This document shows, piece after piece, positions 1 to 14,428 of a DNA stretch of 64,000 nt. Each line of letters opens with the position of its first letter. Position 1 is the stretch's first letter. The position numbers were made by a program, and so were the translations under genes. The notes beneath the pieces were generated by a model. That model did no database searches and was not told the origin of the DNA. It worked only from the letters and a program-made list of their open reading frames with translations. This stretch comes from an uncultured Armatimonadia bacterium. Its GTDB lineage: Bacteria > Armatimonadota > Zipacnadia > CAVVLO01. The DNA lies in assembly GCA_963749155.1 (NCBI GenBank), contig CAVVLO010000001.1, positions 736,001 through 800,000 on the forward strand, given 5' to 3'.

Positions 1-54
1 AACAGGCCTGCAAGCAACAGGCCAAGCAAGAGGCTCTTCACGAGATATTCCCCC

Positions 55-1101
55 TTACTGGATGGGCAGCAGCTCGATGGCGCTTACCCAGAGGGTCGCC
101 TGGAACCTGTCAGCCACCGCCGGTGTGCCGTGCATTCCAGTCGAAAGCTGAGACACCTGGGTTAAGTCGAGTTGGCTGTTCTCATCCTGAGTCCAGCCGC
201 CCAGTTTGAAGTCGCTGAAGGGCACTGTTACAGTGTTCCAATCCGCCAGGATGGTCGGCGCCGACTCGGCCATATACTGGCTGCCGTCCGACTCTGCCAG
301 CATCAGCAGTGTTGTCATCCCGGGAGGGGTATTGCCCTTCCAGGTGACGCGCAGAGCCCCGTAGCCCTCCCATTCAAGCTCCGGAAGCCGCAAAGCGGGG
401 ATGGCGAACATATGGCGCCCGCCAGGCACGTCGAAGTCGAACCGCATACACTCTGTCCCACCTGGCCCCTCTGGTACGATGGCGAGAGTCTGCTCGACTG
501 CCGCGTCGGCGCCCACCGTCCACAAGCTCTGGTCAGTGACAGTGATGGCAAGCGGTTGGTCAGGCACGCGCACCTCGCTCGTGAAGTGGGGCTCTGCAAG
601 GCGCAATTCCGCTTTGCCAACGCCATCGAGGGCGACGCCCACCCAGACTCTGGTTACCTTCTCGAGCCGCAACTCGCCCACGTCGGGATTGAATCCTGCC
701 GGCGCGAAGAACGCTAGCGGGAAGCGCACTGTAACGAGCCCAGCAGCAGGAAGGGGATCTTTGACGAGTTTCTTCCAGGCATGGCCAGCGCCATCGAAGA
801 GTATGCAGACTGCCCTGGCTTCCATCCCTTCGGCCACCTTGGCAGAAGCGCGCAGTTCAAAGGCTTTGATGCTTGAAGAAAGCTGTGCAACCGGCATCTC
901 GATGGCTGCAAGCTGGCGGTAATCTTCAGTTTTATCAAGCGTCCAGAGCACCTCTGGCAGGCCTTGAGCGCCCGCTTTGGCGGAGAAGTCAAGGGTCTCG
1001 CTAGCGGCAGGCCCAACCGGCCGAACGCCCGAGATAGCTTGCGAAAAGGCAAGTGAGGCTGCAAGCAGCAGTGTCAGCGAGCAAACCAGTAGTCTGGCCA
1101 T
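55..1101 (-). CDS. Secreted protein with two galactose-binding-like (CBM11/CIA30-like) carbohydrate-binding modules
   Basis: 348 aa ORF with signal peptide (LLVCSLTLLLAASLAFS) and AGGAGG RBS. C-terminal motifs WNTVTVPFSDF...LDLTQV...LWVSAIEL resemble CBM11/CIA30 jelly-roll domains; a similar pattern (VTVRFPLAFF...LRLEKV) occurs in the N-half. Confidence 0.55.
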   Translation of the reverse strand: MARLLVCSLTLLLAASLAFSQAISGVRPVGPAASETLDFSAKAGAQGLPEVLWTLDKTEDYRQLAAIEMPVAQLSSSIKAFELRASAKVAEGMEARAVCILFDGAGHAWKKLVKDPLPAAGLVTVRFPLAFFAPAGFNPDVGELRLEKVTRVWVGVALDGVGKAELRLAEPHFTSEVRVPDQPLAITVTDQSLWTVGADAAVEQTLAIVPEGPGGTECMRFDFDVPGGRHMFAIPALRLPELEWEGYGALRVTWKGNTPPGMTTLLMLAESDGSQYMAESAPTILADWNTVTVPFSDFKLGGWTQDENSQLDLTQVSQLSTGMHGTPAVADRFQATLWVSAIELLPIQ

Positions 1102-1114
1102 TTTTTTCCTCCTG

Positions 1115-3828
1115 TTAGTTGGCAGCCGTATTGCTGAGGTTTATATCATCCACATAGAAGGTGGTTTCATATTCGGCAGAGCTTGAAAAACCAAGCCAGG
1201 TCAGTCCCGTCCAGTCGGCGCTGCCCCAGGGCAGATTGGTGAAGGTAGCCTCGCCCTGGCCAGGCGCCTCGAGACGAAGCTCCCACGTGCCGTTGCCGTC
1301 TTCGCCTATACCGCTGACCATCTCGAGGTGGAACCATTGCCCCGCTGGCGCTGGCACTGATTGCCCTGCGAAATGGATTGCTCCATCATGCACGGCGACG
1401 GTCGGGCCAACCCGATAAGGCGAATGGTTGTCACGCCATTCGATATACATATTGGAGTTGGCCGAGAGGTTAAGGTTACACGCAAAAGTCGCATAGCCCG
1501 ACTGATAACCAGGCTCATAATAGAGATGCGGATTGAAGCCAAACTGCAGGTCTGGAGAATCTTGTATCTTCAACGAATTGGTGCCACTTGCCGCCGTGTC
1601 GGCACTAACCCCGACGAGGTGATTCTTGTCTTCGGTAAAGACGCGCATTGAAGGCGGGTGAGCGCCAATTGGCAAGGCTTCGAAATCTTCCTCCACCTGG
1701 AGAGGTGGCGGCGGTGGCGGAGGCGGTGCGAATTCGACCGGCGGGTATTCCCAGTCGGCGGCCAAGGCCTTCCAGGCGTCATCGCCATAGACGCCCGCCT
1801 GCATATAATCGAAGGGCTTGAAGCCCATAGCAAGCGCCGGAGAACCAGGCTGCAGATGGAAGTCATAGTTATCCGGATCCACAAAACGCGGGTCCGCAAC
1901 CCGGCTGCCCTTATCCTTGCCCAGGGCCATCCAGGCGTCGAAGTCCAAATCGTGGAAGGTCACAGGATTGCCCGAGGCGTCCCAGTAAAGGTTCTCTTTC
2001 AGCTCCACCGGGCCGTCCTTCCAGTTGCCAGTGAAAAGCCCGCTCTCCTTCCAGTAGACGATATTGTGCTCGAAGGTGAAGGACAGATGATCTTCGACGC
2101 GAGAGCGTTGCAGTTGGCCGTCCATACTGAAGGCCAGGATATTGTTGCGGATGATGTTGTTCTCGCCGTAATGCTGGTGGTACCCGCCGGTCTTGGTGTT
2201 GTAGACGAGGTTGTTCTCCAGCACGATACCTGTCGAGCCTTCATCATTGTAAAGGCCCCAACCGCCGCGCCCATACAGGTCGTAGCTGTAGACGTCATGG
2301 ATGCGGTTGTTTGAGACCGTGGTGCCCGGCGAGATGCCCAGGCTGTATACCCCGCCCATATCCGAGAGCATCCCCTGGCCGATATGGTGGATATGGTTGA
2401 AGTCGATAGTGTTGTGGTTGGCAGAAGTGGGCGCGTAGCCCCAGCTCCAGCCGACCGAGATGCCCGTGTAGAAGAGGTCGGAGATGTCGTTATGGGTGAC
2501 CTGATTGTAGGAGGTGCGCCCAAGCCAGACCCCGATGCAGCCGTGGTGCATCCGCCCGCCCGAGCGGATTATGTTGTTATCCACGGTTATGTGGCTGGTT
2601 TCGGCGTTGGGCGAACGACTCTCGGTCTCGCCAATCCTCACGCCACCGGCTCCCATATCCTGCATAAGCGAACGTGTGATAGAGCAATACTTGGCTCCCT
2701 CACGGAACCAGATAGCCCAACTACCGATATTGGTTATCTCGCAGGCCGTAAAATTGATGTTGGCGGCGCCATCCAGCGTAATCACAGCCGGGATAGTGAC
2801 TTCAGCCTGGCCATCGGCGTGGCCCTCGGGAGGTAGCACCCACTGGCCATTGCGAAAAGCGAGTCCTTCGAAATTGATATGCGCAACTGGGATACCGGCT
2901 TCCAGGTCGCCTCTGAACGAGAGGAAGCTTTCGGTGACAGGCGCAACGACCTCGGCAGTGGCTGGGTCCTCTCCCTCGCGCGGCAGGTAGAAGATCTGCC
3001 CGCTGTCCTTGTCCAGGCACCATTCGCCTGGCATATCGAGAAACTCTACGCGCCTTCGAGGTGATAGCGCTGGGCTCTACCCTGCCACCAGACCGGCCAG
3101 GGCATATTGCTGCCCAGGTAAACGATTCTGCGCTCTGGATCATAACCAGCGACGTGATGACGCGAGGTTTCCCAGGAATGGTACATCACGGCTTCGAGCT
3201 GGGTCGGGTCGAGGTTGGTCGGAAATTCTCCTTCAATCGGCACGAAGGCAGAGTTGGTAAGCTGCACTGGCGCGCCGGTCTTGAGGTCAGGGCCCCATTC
3301 GACCTTGTCGGCAGTGTGGAAATAGAACTTGTTGGGTGTGCGGGCGCGAGTGGCGCGTTTACCGCTCACCCAAAGCTGCTCGAAGTTCCACTCGCCGCTT
3401 GCGACTTCGGGCGCGCGCGCGACCCAGCGGCCTTCAGAATCCACCCGGAAGCCAGTGATGTGCCGTCCCCCGGTGAAGACCGGCCTGGCTCCTTCGGCAG
3501 CCTTGAAGGTTATTGGCGCTTTGGTGGTACCGCCGTCCTCGGGCAGGAAGGTAACTGGCTCGGTGAGGAAGTATTCTCCCTCGGCGATCACGACCTCAAC
3601 AGGCTCGGTAAGGGGACTGCGCTCTTTCAGAGCGCGCAGTCGGTCACGCGCGCCGGCCAGCGAGGCCAGCGGTCCGTCCTTACCTGCGGCGTTGGGCTGT
3701 TCCAGCGTCCCCGACCAGGCGTCATCGCCCTGGGGACTGACATAAAGGGTCATCGCGGAGGCCTCCAGGGCCGCCAGAACTAGCCAGGCGGTCATAAGAA
3801 AAAGCGTCAGGCAGATAAAACTTCTCAT
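1115..3828 (-). CDS. Secreted right-handed parallel beta-helix protein (pectin-lyase-like) with poly-Pro linker and C-terminal sugar-binding domain; split by a 1-nt indel at ~3049
   Basis: ORF 3046-3834 (signal peptide, [13 protein letters not shown]...DGPLASL) and ORF 1115-3034 ([43 protein letters not shown]) join as LEGA[L]EFLDMPGEW if one base is added. Confidence 0.85.
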
Positions 3829-3919
3829 CAGCACCCTCCTTGTAGCGAGTGTAGCTAGCAGTTCGCCACAGCAGGCGGCTATCCTGCGTTATACTTATAA
3901 AGGTAAGGAGACTGGCCGA

Positions 3920-5309
3920 ATGCGAGTACCAACAATCCGGATACGGCAAAGCGGCACGCTTCCTCTGGCAAGCGGCGAGTATGTCCTTTACTGGATGCGC
4001 GCCTTTCACAGGCCGCGCTCAAATTTCGCGCTGCAGCGGGCAGTCGAGGTGGCAACCGAGCTTCGCTTGCCGCTGGTGGTGCTAGAAAGCGTCGGTTATG
4101 ACATCGGATGGCCGACCGAGAGGCGCTTCGCCTTCAGTGCCCAAGGACTGGCTGCCAACGCCGCTTACTTCTCTGGCAAGCCCCTCACTCACTATCCCTA
4201 TGTCGAGCGGGCCCCTGGCCAGGCGGTCGAACTGGCAGAGCTGCTTGCGCGAGACGCTGCAAAGGTCGTTGTGGACGATCATCCCGACACCGATGGCCCC
4301 CCGCCTTGCGCCTGCGAACTGGTGGACTCGAACGGCTTGCTACCGCTTGCGGCGACTCCTCAGGCTTACCCGACGGCCTATCTTTTCCGGCGGTTTCTGC
4401 AGAACAACCTGGCCGACCACCTGCTGGACTGGCCCGAGGAGGAACCTCTGAGGGAGGCAGAGCTGCCCCGACTGGCTTCGCTGCCGGAGGGAATCACTCA
4501 GCGTTTTCCCCTGGGGACCGAGGTGGACCTGACGGAATTGCCCCTCGACCATCGCCCGTTGCCAGTCTTCAAGCGCGGGGGTTACCAGGTTGCGTCGGAG
4601 GTGCTGCAGGACTTCCTGTTTACGCGGTTGGACTCCTACGAGCGCGACCACAACCACCCGGACCTTGACGCCACCAGCGGCCTGTCGCCCTACCTGGCGC
4701 GCGGCCACCTCGGCGCGCACGAGGTGCTGGCGGCGATTGCACCGCTCGAAGGCTGGTCTCCGAAGGGGCTGCCGCTGACGGGCAAGGGCGCCAAGGCAGG
4801 CTGGTGGGGGATGACCTCCTCCGCGGAAGCTTTTCTGGACGAGCTGGTCACCTGGCGCGAGCTTGGCTTGAATGCTGCCTTCCACTCGAAGGAATATATG
4901 GAGTATCCCGCGTTGCCGCACTGGGCACGAGCTACGCTAGAAATACACGAAGAGGATGAAAGAACATACTTGTATGATATGTATGATTTGCAGGATGCCG
5001 CTACGCACGATGAATTATGGAACGCCGCGCAGCGCCAACTAGTGACCGAGGGGCGAATGCATAACTACCTCAGGATGCTCTGGGGCAAGAAGATACTGGA
5101 GTGGAGCCCCACGGCCGACGAGGCGCACCGGGTGATGATCGCCCTCAACAACCGCTGGGCCCTCGATGGCTGCGATCCCAACAGCTATTCGGGCATCGGG
5201 TGGGTGCTGGGGCTTTATGACCGCCCCTGGCCTGAACGGGCTATCTACGGCCAGGTGCGGTATATGAGCAGCGCCAACACGCTGCGCAAGTTGCGCTGTA
5301 GAGAGTATC

Positions 5310-5329
<20 letters not shown>
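3920..5329 (+). CDS. phrB: Class II CPD deoxyribodipyrimidine photolyase
   Basis: Motifs YVLYWM..NFAL, TSGLSPYL..G, FLDELVTWREL, THDELWNAAQ...GRMHNYLRMLWGKKILEWS, DGCDPNSY, DRPWPER are characteristic of class II photolyases. Confidence 0.9.
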
Positions 5330-7339
<2,010 letters not shown>

Positions 7340-7359
<20 letters not shown>

Positions 7360-7643
7360 AGTGGCCTCCTGCGCGCTTGCGTTTGGCTGACCAGGTCATC
7401 AGCATGAATATAATCCCTGTGACCGCAAGAAAGACCAGAGCCAGAGCTACCAGGGCGCCAAACCACTCGCCGATAGCCTCCCAGCTGTGCAGGTCGAAGA
7501 GACGCTTGGCGCTGTCTTCCATTGCTTCGCTCCGGACATCTCGCCAAGTTGTAGAAATAGAACAGCGCTATCAGCCCTGTAATCAGCAGGAAGGGACTGA
7601 GTATCAGGCCGACCCACATATGAAGTTTCCTCAGTTTGGCCAT
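7340..7643 (-). CDS. Small PepSY-associated TM-helix membrane protein (two His-bearing helices); split by an indel at ~7530-7565
   Basis: [20 protein letters not shown] (ORF 7356-7649) and LFDLHSW...[11 protein letters not shown] (ORF 7340-7522) are the two halves typical of PepSY_TM proteins; GAGGAG RBS before ATG 7643. Confidence 0.6.
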
Positions 7644-7655
7644 CTGCAACTCCTC

Positions 7656-8207
7656 TTACCAGTGGTTGTGGTGGACAATCTCTTCAAGCGGAAGGCGCGG
7701 TGGCCGAGTGACCTCAGCCTCTTTCTGCCAGTCGCTGAGCGCTGGGTCGATGGTGGTTGAGTGAACGCCACAGTTGACGATGGTGATAAGGTGTTCCTCT
7801 TCGGGGATGCCCAGCACCTCTTTTATCTTGCCCGAATCGAAGCCGGCAATCGGATGGGCGACCAGTCCAAGTTCGGTGGCCTGGAGCAACATAAAGCCAA
7901 CGGCCATCCCTACATCGAAGAGATGATATTCGCGCTCTTTGACCACGCAGTCGCGCTCGAGCTGGCTGCAGACTGCGATGATGAGCGAGGCCTTGAATAC
8001 CCACTCATTGCCCTTATTTAGCGCTGGTCGTAAAGCTTCAAGCTGCTTCGGGTCGTAGACGAACACGAAACGCCAGGGCTGCTTGTTGAAGCAACTGCAA
8101 GTTAGCTGGGCGGCGGTACCGAGTTTCTCGATGACCTCGGGCGTTATCTCTGCCGGATCCAGAGAGCGATAGGCTCTCCGTAGCTGGATAGCCTGACTGA
8201 CATCCAT
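7656..8207 (-). CDS. Nitroreductase family protein
   Basis: AIQLRRAYRS, SCFNKQPWRFVFV, DVGMAVGFMLLQATELGL motifs. Confidence 0.9.
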   Translation of the reverse strand: MDVSQAIQLRRAYRSLDPAEITPEVIEKLGTAAQLTCSCFNKQPWRFVFVYDPKQLEALRPALNKGNEWVFKASLIIAVCSQLERDCVVKEREYHLFDVGMAVGFMLLQATELGLVAHPIAGFDSGKIKEVLGIPEEEHLITIVNCGVHSTTIDPALSDWQKEAEVTRPPRLPLEEIVHHNHW

Positions 8208-8219
8208 TGTCTCATCCTC

Positions 8220-9077
8220 CTAACCCGTTTTCGGCGTAGCCGCCTCGATGAGTTTGGCAACGCGAGCGAGGCGCTCCTCGCGTGACAGCTTGTCGCGCAC
8301 GGGATTTGAATCTCCGAGCAAGGCTTTGTGGAAGGGTTCCTCCTTTGCCTGGTAGAGCAGCCCAACGGGCCAGGGGTCTTTCTCCCGGGCGACCTGCAGG
8401 GCGGTCTCGAGGTCAGAGGCTGGAGCCCCCTGTTCGAAAGTCTTTTCATTATATAAATCGTAGGTGTTGTTGAAGGTGACGCAGGGCTGCAGCACCTCGA
8501 TAAAGGCGAAGCCTGAATGGCGAACACCTCCCACGATTAACTCAATCAGGTCGGGGATCTTGCCCGAGTAGCCGCGAGCTACATAGGTCGCGCCGGCCTC
8601 GAGTAGCAAGGCAAGTGAATTGAAAGGCTTCTCCGGCGAGCCGTGGGGAGTGGAACGGCCTCGGAAACCTTTGGCGCTGGTGGGGGTGAACTGGCCCGTG
8701 GTGAGGCCATAGACTCCATTGTTGTGCATTATGACGGTGATGTCGGCGTTGCGCTTGGCGGCGAACATCACATGAGCGAAGCCTTCGCCCATGCAGTCAC
8801 CATCACCGACAAAACTCAACACTTTGAGATCGGGATTGGCAAGCTTCATCCCCTGGGCGTTGGCCAGTGACCTGCCGTGCAAGCCGTAGACACCCGAGAG
8901 GCCCAGATAGTCGAAGATCTTGGCGTGGCAACCGATGCCGGCGGTGATAACCAGGTCGCTGCGCGGTGTACCCAGCTCTTCAAGCCGGCCAACAGCTTTC
9001 TGGACAGCGTTCAAGATGCCGAAATTGCCGCACCCTTTGCACCAGGTATTTTCCGCATAGGTCTTGAGATCGGCCAT
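8220..9077 (-). CDS. korB: 2-oxoacid:ferredoxin oxidoreductase beta subunit
   Basis: WCKGCGNFG, GIGCH, HGR, TPP-binding GDGD...NNGVYGLTTGQ, EVLQPCVTFN. Confidence 0.92.
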   Translation of the reverse strand: MADLKTYAENTWCKGCGNFGILNAVQKAVGRLEELGTPRSDLVITAGIGCHAKIFDYLGLSGVYGLHGRSLANAQGMKLANPDLKVLSFVGDGDCMGEGFAHVMFAAKRNADITVIMHNNGVYGLTTGQFTPTSAKGFRGRSTPHGSPEKPFNSLALLLEAGATYVARGYSGKIPDLIELIVGGVRHSGFAFIEVLQPCVTFNNTYDLYNEKTFEQGAPASDLETALQVAREKDPWPVGLLYQAKEEPFHKALLGDSNPVRDKLSREERLARVAKLIEAATPKTG

Positions 9078-10736
9078 CTAGAGCACCTCCCGCAGTTGCT
9101 GGGCGAGTTCGGTTGGCTCGAAAGGTCTTCCGTCATAGCGTTTGATTACGTGGTCTGCCTTGAGGCTGGCTTTCTCGGCAAGCAGCCGGGCGAACTGGCC
9201 TGAGGCGGATTGCTCAACAACGATTAGAGGTTGGCCGGCAAAACGCGCTAGCTCCCAGAGGGGCAGGGGCCGCAGGTATATCGGCTGGACAATCTGCACT
9301 TTCAGTCCTGTCAGCGCCACAGCCTCGCGCACGGCCAGGGTGGTCGAGCCATACGTAAATATGACAGGCCCTTCCTCACCGAAGACGTTGACTGTTTGGC
9401 GCTGCTTCAAGGCAGACTCCAGCGTGGCAGCTTTACGCAAGCGCTTGTCGTGCATCTGAACCAGGTCAGCGGCCGCCTCGGTTGTGATACCAAGCTCATC
9501 GTGCTCGTAGCTATTGTGGTTGATTAGCTCATCCGAAGGCGGGAAGGCCATCGGCGAGACAGCAGATTCGGTGTCAAGATAGCGCTTGTATTGGCCCTGG
9601 CCATCCCAGAGGGCCGGCTCGGCCCAGGGGCAGGCTGTCGGGATCGAGGCTGGTGGTCATCAGGCTCTCGCCCAGATGCTTCTCGGTGAGGAGGATGGCC
9701 ACCACCTGATAGCGCCAGGCCAGGTCAAGCAGGTCGGCTGAGAGAGTAAAGGCTTCCTCGAGGCTGCCGGGTGAGGCCACCACTCGTGGAAATTCACCGT
9801 GCCCCTGATGGAGAGCGAACTCCAGATCGCCTTGCTCTGTGTAGGTCGGAACCCCTGTGGCTGGGCCTGGGCGGGAGGAGAGGATAGCCAGCAGAGGCGT
9901 CTCCATCATCCCCGCAAGAGACAAGGTCTCTTCCATCAGGCAAAGCCGCCCCCACTTGAAGCCACCGCAGAGCGAGCGCCCATCGCGGCGGCGCCGACGG
10001 CCAGATTGGCGACGGAGATCTCGTTTTCTGGATGCATAACCACAAGGCCCAGGTCCCGGTCGTGGGCTGCCAGGTAATGCAGGATAGATGAACTTGGGGT
10101 CATCGGATAGGAGAAATAGCAGTCGAGTCCTGCTGATGCGGCGCCTAAGGCGATTGCCTCGTTGCCTGTAAGCAGCGCGCCCTGGGCGTTGCCTTCAGAG
10201 AGGGGGAATCTCCCTCCGAAGGCCTGTTGGGCAAGAGTGAAGAGGCCTTTTGCGAAGGCCAGGTTGTTCTCCACATCGCGCGCATATTCGGCGTGGATCA
10301 TTTCCTCGAGGCCAGCTTCGTCCATCCCGACCGCCGCAGCCAGTGCCACGACCGCGCCAAGACCCCGGCGCAGTTCAGCGTTGGGATACTTTTTGGCCTC
10401 GGAGCTGATTGGCAGGCCAATCCCGGCGCCTTCGGGCACCTCATCAGAGTTACGCACCAGCAGGCAGTCTGGACAGAAGTGGTCGATATGGGCGTCATAG
10501 CTGCGTTTATCGAGGACAACAGCGATTTGGGCGGTAAGGTAATGGCTGTACAAAGGTTCGGTCGAAGAGCTGACCACGGTGAAGTTGTGACCACCCCGGA
10601 TAAGACTTGGGTAGTCGTCATACTCGAAGACATAGCGACCAAGCTGGGCAAAAAGGCGCGCTGCCGCAGTGCCAGCCTGTTTCACGCCTTCTCCCGCCTT
10701 GCCTCCGACTAAAAAGGTGAAGAGGTCTCGTGCCAT
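9078..10736 (-). CDS. korA: 2-oxoacid:ferredoxin oxidoreductase alpha subunit (gamma-alpha fusion); two compensating homopolymer indels at ~9940 and ~9628
   Basis: GGKAGEG, YPSLIRGGHN, GNEAIALGA, YPMTPSS, ENEISV, SSGGGFA[L]MEE, SRPGPATGVPTYTEQGDL, NSYEHDE, YDGRPF spread over three ORFs that rejoin into one 552-aa frame. Confidence 0.9.
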
Positions 10737-10875
10737 AGGCCCTCCTTTGCGGGTTCGGAAGGCAGATATGGAACCCGACCTTTCTATTTTACACCAGATT
10801 TGCTTTTTGTTTTTCGGAAAGAGAGAGGCAAAAAGTGGCGAAACAAGACTCAGTTACACTTGGGAGGCCATCAGG

Positions 10876-13800
10876 ATGAAAGCTGGAACCAGAAGCGCGC
10901 TTGGGATAATTCTACTTTGCTGTCTGATTGGACTGGCCTGGGCTGCCGATAACCCGCTGACTGAGGGCAAGTTTGGGCAGGCGCTCAATTTTGGCAAGGG
11001 CTTCACTCAGGCGAGTTTCGAACCGGGTGAGGCTTTCTCCGAGCTTCCAGTCACAATCGAGTGCTGGGTAAAACTGACTCAGAAGACCTCCTACAACATT
11101 GTGCTGGCCCAGGCGCCGAAGTCGGAGTTGCACTGGGAGATCTACACTCGCCCCGGTGATGGGGCAGTGGCTCTTTATATCCCACGCAATGGCACGGTCG
11201 AACAGGTGTCACAGACGCTGATTGCCGACAGCGCCTGGCATTTCCTGGCCCTCAGGCTCGAGACGAGGCGCGCATCACTATATGTAGATGGCAAACTGAC
11301 GGTCGATATGCCCTCCGCGGTGGATACCTATTTCGGTAGTGCTCCGGTTATGATTGGGGCGCTGGACGACTATTCCTTGAGATCCAGCGGGGCTTTTGAT
11401 GAGCTGAAGCTCAGCCGGGGCAGCTTCCCCCTGGAAGGTTATGTGCCCACTGGGCCAGCTGAGGCAGACGCAGGCACACTCTTCCTCTTCTCTTTCGATG
11501 CCCTGGAGGAGGGGGCAATTCCGGAAGCGAGTGGCAAGACGAAGGCGCTAATTCGCAATCCCATGAGCCCGCCGGTCGGCACAGTATTCCTCGATGAGGT
11601 GCAAGATGCGGCCTACCAGGCTTCTGCCTTGTTCGGCGATGCCTGGGTAGAGGCCGAAAGCAAGCTGCCGGTCATACGGCTGGAAAGCAGCCCTTGCGCG
11701 GCTCCTGAGGCCTTCTATACGCCCGACCTGTTGTCGCTAAAGGGCAATGTGGCTGATGCAAGGCGCAGGCGCCAGAGCGACGGCAGATGAGCTGAAAGGT
11801 CTAAATCCAAGGGAAAGCGAGGGGGTGGTTAAGCGCTGGTTCGATCCCAGGACTGATCGCGCAACCTGGGTGAAGGCTGAAGTGCCGACCTCGGTCCAAA
11901 GCGCCCTGATCAAGGCTGGATTGCTGGCAGATCCCCTCTGGTTCGACAACACATATAAGGAATTGGAAGAATTCGGCACTCCGAAAGAGCTGCCCTGGGT
12001 CAACCGCAAGACGCGCATCGAGCAGCAAGAGTGGTGGTTCGCGCGCGAATTCGAGTTGCCTGTGAGTTGGCAGGGCAAGCGGACCCGGCTGTATTTCGAT
12101 GGCATCGACTATTCGGGCTCTGTCTACCTTAATGGCAAGCCCCTCGGTTACCAGGAGGGGATGTTCGGAGGCCCGAGTTTTGACGTGACCAGACTGCTTG
12201 AGCCAGGCGACTCCAACGAGGTCGTAGTGCGGCTGGACAAGGTGCCGCAGACCTGGTTCGGGCACCTCAAAGGCAGTCCCGGCTGGGGCTGGCATTACGG
12301 CCACCTTATCTCGACGGGCATCTGGCGGGAAGTGAGGCTGGAGGCAGTGCCCGAGGTCGAGGTGCAAAGCCCTGCTGTAAGGACGCTCAAGCTGGATGGG
12401 AGCGACGCCGACCTCGAGTGCGAGTTCTATTTGGAGAACCTCACAGGCGCCGAGAGGCAGCTTGAGGTCGTATTCACTTTCGAGCCGGCCAATTTCGAAG
12501 GCGCAGGTCAGAGCTTCAGTTGTCAGGTAAAGGCCTGGCCTGGCAGGCACCGCTACGCAACCAGCTTCAGGCTGGCAGATGCGCAGCTTTGGTGGCCTGT
12601 AAACTACGGCGAACAGAATCTCTACAACCTGCAACTGACAGGGTTGGAGGTCGGCCAGGCGACCTGCGGGGCGACCACGCGCTTTGGCGTCCGGACGCTT
12701 GAGATGCGCCCGCTATTGGGCTCGCAGGCGAGGGTAGATTATCGCTGGCAGTTCGTGGTGAATGGGGTACCGCTCTTCATCAAAGGCGCCAACTGGTGCT
12801 GGTTCGACGTGATGCTGGAGCAGGACCCGGCCAAGTACGAACGCATCCTCGAACTGGCAAAACGTGGCGGAATCCAGATGTTCCGCGCCTGGGGTGGGGG
12901 TATCATCGAGTCGGATATCTTCTATGACAAGTGCGATGAGAAAGGCCTGCTGGTGTATCAGGAGTTTCCCTACTGCTGGATGCCGCCGGACTTCCCGCTG
13001 ACCCGAGGCGAGGTGCTGGACCAGCAGGTCAGCCGCGTGGTGAAGCGACTGCGCAACCACCCCAGCCTGCTGATGTGGGGCGGAGGCAACGAGAACGTCG
13101 CCCCGACCGGCGCGGACGAGGGGCTCTTCCTGGTGGGCAAACGCTGCCGGGAGTATGATCCTACTCGCCCCTACCACCGCACCGATCCGTGGGGCGGCAG
13201 CATCCACAACTGGAATGTCTTCCACGGTGGGGCGCCAATTGATGCCGGTTACAGTGCAACGCCTAGTGTCTTCTTCGGTGAATACGGGCTGCCGTCAATG
13301 CCCAATCAATTAAGCCAAAAGAAATTCTTGCCCGAGGAAGCGCTGGCCCACTGGCCGCCGACCGCAGAGGACAAAGGCGTCATCGCCCACCTCAATCAGT
13401 TCGATCTGCGCGACCTGGTTAAGGTGCTCAGGTACTGCGATTATGGGCCGGTGAAGGACTGGGCCGACTACACCGAGCAGTCTCAGCTTGCGCAGGGCGA
13501 TGGGCTGCGCTTTGCGGCCGAGCTGCAGCGCAGGTACAGCTACCAGAACAAGAGTGGCTTCTGGTTCTACAAGTTCACGGACCTGTTCCCTGGCCATTCC
13601 TGGGCGGTGCTGGACTATTACGGCAATCCGAAGCTGTCTTACTACCGGGCCAAGCAGACCTGCAAGCCGCAGTCGGCCTTCGCCAGTTATGAGAAGTTCG
13701 ACTGGCGCGGGGAGGAAAGCTTCCGCTTTGAACTGTCCCTGGGCAATGACACGAGCCAGCCACTGGAAGGCGCAAAAGTGAAAGCGACTCTCTTCGGCAG

Positions 13801-14365
13801 CGACCTGGCGCCGTTCTGGAACCAGGAGTTTTCCCCCGAGCCAGTTGCTGCGGCCTCTTGCGCGCTGCTTGGAGAATTCGATGTGCCGATACCGGAGGGC
13901 AAAAGCGAGCCTTTCCTGCTTGGCGTCCGGCTGGAGGGGGCTGAGGGCAAGCTGCTCTCAGACCAGTGGTACTGGCTGAACTTCGCACACGATACAGAGC
14001 CTATCCTGAAGTATGAGAACGTCGGACCGTATGATTATCCGGCAACTGACCTGCCTGACGCCTTCGCTGCGTATGCCGAGGACAGGCCTGCCCCCTTGAT
14101 GAGCCTGCCGCGCACCGAGCTTGCGGTCAGCCGAGAAGGCACGATGCGCAAGGGAGAGTTCGTAATCACTAATGAGGGGGAGCTGCCAGCCTTCAACGTG
14201 CAGGTGAGTGAGTTCCCAGGCGGTTTCGAAGATTTCCTGGGCGACAACAGCTTCTGCCTGTGGCCGCACGAGACGCGCCGGGTCAGCTATGAACTGGGCG
14301 AGGGGGCTTCCCTTGCCGGCCTTACCATCGGAGCGTGGAACGCGGATGCAGTGGCGGTCCAATAA
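10876..14365 (+). CDS. Secreted LamG/ConA-like domain plus GH2 (beta-mannosidase-like) glycoside hydrolase; 1-nt indel at ~11746
   Basis: Signal peptide, LamG motifs (TIECWVK, WHFLA, LYVDG, GAFDELK), then LYFDGIDY, LWWP..YGEQNLY, FGVRT, FIKGANW, RAWGGG, RNHPSLLMWGGGNE, FGEYG. Confidence 0.88.
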
Positions 14366-14395
14366 GGACTGCATCTGGGACTGGATGGCATCCAG

Positions 14396-14423
14396 AAAGG
14401 GGGCGGCCCAGGCCGTCCCCTTT
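14396..14423. terminator. Bidirectional intrinsic terminator between convergent GH2 and GT39 genes
   Basis: AAAGGGGGCGGCC-CA-GGCCGTCCCCTTT inverted repeat. Confidence 0.7.
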
Positions 14424-14428
14424 GTATG

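Noticed and set aside
9930..9945. TGA after GGGFA in korA as selenocysteine or readthrough
   Set aside because: Homology continues in a different frame; adding one C restores FALMEE.
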